From Mycolicibacterium bacteremicum (GTDB taxonomy: Bacteria > Actinomycetota > Actinomycetes > Mycobacteriales > Mycobacteriaceae), in contig NZ_CALUAE010000021.1 of the NCBI RefSeq assembly GCF_943913955.1, positions 8,787 to 72,786 of the forward strand: a stretch of DNA of 64,000 nucleotides. The letters run 5' to 3'. This document shows positions 60,477 to 64,000 of this stretch, piece by piece. The position numbers were made by a program, and so were the translations under genes. Below the pieces are notes generated by a model. It did no database searches. It was not told where the DNA came from and saw only the letters and a program-made list of their open reading frames with translations. Numbering within the stretch: the stretch's first letter is position 1; each line of letters begins with the position of its first letter.

Positions 60477-61783
60477 AGATCTCGCTGTTCTACGAGTTTG
60501 CGCTGCCGCGTCCGTGGTCCGACGATGACGAGCACCAGATGTTCCTCGATGGCCTCGACGAGGTGGAGGCCGCGGACAAGGCCGGCTTCTCCACCGTCTG
60601 GCTCACCGAGCACCACTTCCTGGAGGAGTACTGCCACGCGACCGCGCCGGAGATGTTCCTGGCCGCGGCCAGCCAACGCACCAAGGACATCCGACTGGGC
60701 TTCGGTGTGATGCACCTGCCGCCGCCGATCAACCACCCCGCGCGGATCGCCGAGCGGGTGTCCACCCTGGACCTGATCTCGAACGGGCGTGTCGAATTCG
60801 GCACCGGTGAGGGTTCTTCGGTCGCCGAACTGGGCGGGTTCAACATCGACCCCGCCGACAAACGCACCATGTGGGAGGAGGCCCTGGAGGTCTCCATCCG
60901 CTGTATGACCGAGGCGCCGTTCACCGGATTCAAGGGCGAGCATGTCGAGATGGCGGCCCGCAACGTCATCCCGAAGCCGCTGCAGGACCCGCACCCGCCC
61001 GTGTGGGTGGCCTGCACCCGGCCGTCCTCGGTGCAGATGGCGGCCCAGAAGGCGATCGGCGCACTGAGTTTCGCCTACACCGGGCCCGAGGCGCTCAAGG
61101 ACCGGGTGGACGGCTACTACCGCGACTTCGAGGAGCAGGGCACGCCGATCACGCCGGCGATCAACCCCAACATCCTGGCCATCGGCGGCGATCTGTCGAT
61201 GATGGTGGCCCGCACCGACGACGAGGCGATCAAGCGTCTCGGAATCGGCGGCGGCTTCTTCTCGTTCGGCATCATGCACTACTACCTCACCGGTATGCAC
61301 ACCCCCGGCCGCACCGGGGTGTGGGATCTGTATGAGCAGGCCGTCAAGGATGATCCGACGCTGGCCTACGGCCCGGGCCGTGGCGCCATCGGCGGACCGG
61401 ACACGGTGCGCGAGTTCCTGCGCGGCTACGAGGCCAGCGGTGTCGACGAGATCATCCTGCTGCTGAACCCGCGCAGCCACGAGGGCACCATGGAGTCCAT
61501 CGAGATCATGGGCAAGGAGATCTTGCCCGAGTTCATCGAGCGCGACGAGAAGGCCAGGGCCGCCAAGGCCAAGCGGCTCGAGCCGGTCATCGAGAAGGTG
61601 GAGGGCCGCCGGCAGAACTGGGATGCGCCGTTGTTCGACGACACCTACTCGTTCGGTGGCCTGCCCACCGGCCGGGGTGGCAACTTCACCGCCGGGGAGA
61701 TCCCCGAGGCGATGGCCGAGATCAACGAGGGCCGCGTGAAGGCCGCGCAACTGGAGAAGGAACAGCGCGGGGCCGCAAGCTGA
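60473..61783 (+). CDS. LLM-class flavin-dependent monooxygenase (luciferase-like)
   Basis: 436-aa LLM TIM barrel (FSTVWLTEHHF). Shares a 4-nt overlap with the upstream gene. Confidence 0.7.
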   Translation: MKISLFYEFALPRPWSDDDEHQMFLDGLDEVEAADKAGFSTVWLTEHHFLEEYCHATAPEMFLAAASQRTKDIRLGFGVMHLPPPINHPARIAERVSTLDLISNGRVEFGTGEGSSVAELGGFNIDPADKRTMWEEALEVSIRCMTEAPFTGFKGEHVEMAARNVIPKPLQDPHPPVWVACTRPSSVQMAAQKAIGALSFAYTGPEALKDRVDGYYRDFEEQGTPITPAINPNILAIGGDLSMMVARTDDEAIKRLGIGGGFFSFGIMHYYLTGMHTPGRTGVWDLYEQAVKDDPTLAYGPGRGAIGGPDTVREFLRGYEASGVDEIILLLNPRSHEGTMESIEIMGKEILPEFIERDEKARAAKAKRLEPVIEKVEGRRQNWDAPLFDDTYSFGGLPTGRGGNFTAGEIPEAMAEINEGRVKAAQLEKEQRGAAS

Positions 61784-61784
61784 T

Positions 61785-62597
61785 ATGAGCGGTGAACGCT
61801 GGCGCTATGACGGGCGCCGGGTCGTGGTGACGGGATGCGCATCGGGTATCGGTGCGCATCTCGCCGCGCAACTGGCCGACCTCGGTGCCCGTGTCACCGG
61901 AGTGGATCTGCGCCGGCCCGCGTCCGTCCCCGATGAGTTCGTCGAGGTCGACTTCGCCGACGAAGCCTCCGTCGACGCCGCCGTCGCGGCGATCGAGGGA
62001 CCGGTGGACGCCTTGTTCAATGTGGCCGGGGTGTCCTCGGGGATCGGCAAGCCGCTGCTGGTCACCACCATCAACTTCCTGGGGATGCGGCATTTCACCG
62101 AGGCGCTGTTGCCGCAGCTGCCGGCCGGCTCCGCGATCGCCAATGTGTCCTCCCTGGCGGCGGCCGGCTACCGGGAGAACGCCGCGGTGACCGCCGGTCT
62201 GCTGGCGACCCGGTCGATGGCCCAGGGCATCGCGTGGTGCCAGGCGCATCCCGAGGCGCTCGCCGACGGCGGCTACCGGCTGTCGAAGGAGGCGATCATC
62301 CTCTACGGCATGGCACAGGCGATCCCGCTCGGCGAGCGCGGCATCCGGATCAACTGCACCGGCCCGGGCGTCACCGAGACCCCGATCCTGGATCAACTCC
62401 GCGCGGCCTACGGGCAGGACTACCTGGATTCGTTCCCCACGCTGCTGGGCCATGTGTGCGGACCGGATGAACAGGCCTCGGTGCTGGCCTTTCTCAACAG
62501 CCCAGCGGCAAGCTACATTTCGGGACAGGTGATCTGGGTCGACGGCGGTATCGTCGCGCACCGGATCGCGCAGGCGACACTGGAAGGAATCGACTAG
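61785..62597 (+). CDS. SDR-family oxidoreductase
   Basis: VVVTGCASGIGAHLA, YRLSKEA. Confidence 0.75.
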   Translation: MSGERWRYDGRRVVVTGCASGIGAHLAAQLADLGARVTGVDLRRPASVPDEFVEVDFADEASVDAAVAAIEGPVDALFNVAGVSSGIGKPLLVTTINFLGMRHFTEALLPQLPAGSAIANVSSLAAAGYRENAAVTAGLLATRSMAQGIAWCQAHPEALADGGYRLSKEAIILYGMAQAIPLGERGIRINCTGPGVTETPILDQLRAAYGQDYLDSFPTLLGHVCGPDEQASVLAFLNSPAASYISGQVIWVDGGIVAHRIAQATLEGID

Positions 62598-63593
62598 ATG
62601 TCCACCATGCAGGATTTCCGCCGGGTCGCCGACGATGTGCGCAACTGGGGCCGGTGGGGTGACGACGACGAACTCGGCACGCTCAACCTGATCACCGAGG
62701 AGAAGGTCGCCGAGGCCGCAACGCTGGTCAACCGCGGCAAGGTGATCTCGCTGGGCGGGGATTTCGGGTCCAACGGACCGCAGGGGGCGTTCAAGTTCCG
62801 GATCAACCCGATCCATGTGATGACCGTCGACGGTGGCGACGCCGAGACCCTGGTCAGGTATGCGCCCGAGTGGGCCCGCAAATCCGTTGCCCAGGAACTC
62901 AGCTCGTTCTTCGTCGACAACCCGTTCCGGTTCAACGATGACATGATCACCATGTCGCTGCAGTCGGCCACGCAGTGGGACGCGCTCTCGCACGTCTACT
63001 ACGAGGACAAGCTGTACAACGGTTTCCCGGCGGACTCGGTGACCAGCTTCGGCGCCTACCGGTGCGGTATCGAGAAGGTGGACGGCAAGGGCATCGTGTC
63101 GCGCGGTGTGCTGCTCGACGTGGTGGCCCACCGCGGCGAAGAGGTGTTCTGCGCGCCGGGCCGGCCGATCACCCCGGCCGAACTCGACGACATCGCCGCC
63201 GCGCAGGGCGTACGGATCGGCCGCGGCGACATCGTGGTCGTCCACACCGGCTGGTGGACGCGCTTCCTGTCCACCGGCGACGGTCACGAGGCCGGCTCCG
63301 GCCTGCACTGGACCTGCGCCTCCTGGCTGCACGATCACCAGGTCGCCGCCGTCGCCTCGGACAACCTGATGGTCGAGGATCCCGACCCGGCCAACGGCGT
63401 CGAGGGCACCTTCCTGCCGATGCACATGATCTGCCTGCGGGATATGGGCCTGATGCTGGGTGAGTACTGGGATCTGACCGGGCTGGCCGCCGACTGCCGC
63501 GCCGACGGTGTCTACGAGTTCCAGCTCATCGCGCCACCGCTGAAGGTGGTCGGCGCGGTCGGCGCACCCGTCAGTCCGATTGCCATCAAATGA
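62598..63593 (+). CDS. putative cyclase family protein (kynurenine-formamidase-like fold)
   Basis: 331 aa with His/Asp-rich cyclase-family motifs (HVYYED, HTGWWTRF). Confidence 0.55.
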   Translation: MSTMQDFRRVADDVRNWGRWGDDDELGTLNLITEEKVAEAATLVNRGKVISLGGDFGSNGPQGAFKFRINPIHVMTVDGGDAETLVRYAPEWARKSVAQELSSFFVDNPFRFNDDMITMSLQSATQWDALSHVYYEDKLYNGFPADSVTSFGAYRCGIEKVDGKGIVSRGVLLDVVAHRGEEVFCAPGRPITPAELDDIAAAQGVRIGRGDIVVVHTGWWTRFLSTGDGHEAGSGLHWTCASWLHDHQVAAVASDNLMVEDPDPANGVEGTFLPMHMICLRDMGLMLGEYWDLTGLAADCRADGVYEFQLIAPPLKVVGAVGAPVSPIAIK

Positions 63594-64000
63594 GTTTCCG
63601 GCGCACGACGATCACCGTCGACGGTCTGCGCACCAGCTATCTGGAAGCCGGTACCGGCGACCCGGTGGTGCTGCTGCACGGCGGTGAGTTCGGGGTGAGC
63701 GCCGAGCTGGGCTGGGAACGGGTGATCGACCTGCTGGCCGAGCGCCATCGGGTGCTGGCACCGGACATGCTCGGGTTCGGTGACAGCGCCAAGGTCGTCG
63801 ACTTCACCGACGGCCGCGGTATGCGGATCCGTCACATCGCCGCGTTCTGCGCCGCCGTCGGCGCCCCGGCGGCGCACTTCGTCGGCAACTCGATGGGTGC
63901 GATCAATTTACTGGTCGACGCGACATCGGAGAAACCGCTTCTGCCGGCCCGCAGCCTGGTGGCCATCTGCGGCGGCGGCGAGATCGAGAAGAACGAGCAC
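63590..64000 (+). CDS. alpha/beta hydrolase (MCP-hydrolase-like), 3' end beyond window
   Basis: ATG 63590 overlaps the upstream stop. Has VLLHGGEFGVSA, the nucleophile elbow GNSMGA, and HRVLAPDMLGFGDS. Confidence 0.7.
   Translation, partial: MSFRRTTITVDGLRTSYLEAGTGDPVVLLHGGEFGVSAELGWERVIDLLAERHRVLAPDMLGFGDSAKVVDFTDGRGMRIRHIAAFCAAVGAPAAHFVGNSMGAINLLVDATSEKPLLPARSLVAICGGGEIEKNEH

Overview
High-GC actinobacterial chromosome segment, most likely from a fast-growing Mycolicibacterium (MspA-type porin, mhp cluster). The window has three parts. (1) Positions 1-22.7 kb are a conserved core block that follows M. tuberculosis gene order Rv1326c-Rv1343c: glgB-glgE / glgP, dinG, pncB, clpS, DUF2017, DmpA-like, mec-cysO-cysM, rhomboid, MBL hydrolase, rph, rdgB, DUF3817, lprD-like. 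Relative to that order it has two insertions: a Vgb-like lyase + MspA-like porin + LpqM-like lipoprotein metalloprotease between glgP and dinG, and an MFS transporter after rdgB. Each insertion is marked by a copy of a ~62-bp palindromic REP-like element. murI is missing from its expected position. (2) Positions 22.7-32 kb are variable: a free-standing double-motif LAGLIDADG-like protein with an N-terminal HTH sits next to tRNA-Leu(TAG), followed by a MerR regulator with a duplicated MerR-type operator, an NTF2-like protein and an SDR. Next comes a ~780-aa secreted protein with a long acidic Ser/Asp/Gly/Thr linker and tandem papain-like (C39-like) domains, the first of which appears catalytically dead. 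Then an unusually AT-rich 400-bp intergenic region with short repeats, an orphan ammonium transporter, a DUF4333 protein and a second LpqM-like paralog. (3) Positions 32-64 kb are a catabolic island. It contains two translationally coupled acyl-CoA dehydrogenase pairs (candidate alpha2beta2 heterotetramers) under a GntR regulator with a perfect 18-bp palindrome, a TetR, and a DUF1295 membrane protein. It then has a split B12-dependent acyl-CoA mutase (catalytic subunit plus separate 135-aa B12 subunit) with a MeaB-like G-protein, acyl-CoA ligases, SDRs, a ferredoxin, an F420/flavin LLM oxidoreductase and a CoA-transferase. In that cluster the divergent promoters carry a shared GAGAAT-N3-ATTCTC palindrome and a 20-nt perfect direct repeat. 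The island ends with a DUF35-thiolase-hydratase trio and an IclR-controlled mhpC-mhpA-mhpB (3-hydroxyphenylpropionate) cluster that includes two KstD-like flavoproteins, an LLM monooxygenase, an SDR, a cyclase and a second MCP-type hydrolase. No CRISPR array, rRNA or transposase was seen. Many long ORFs in the track are antisense artefacts of high GC content.
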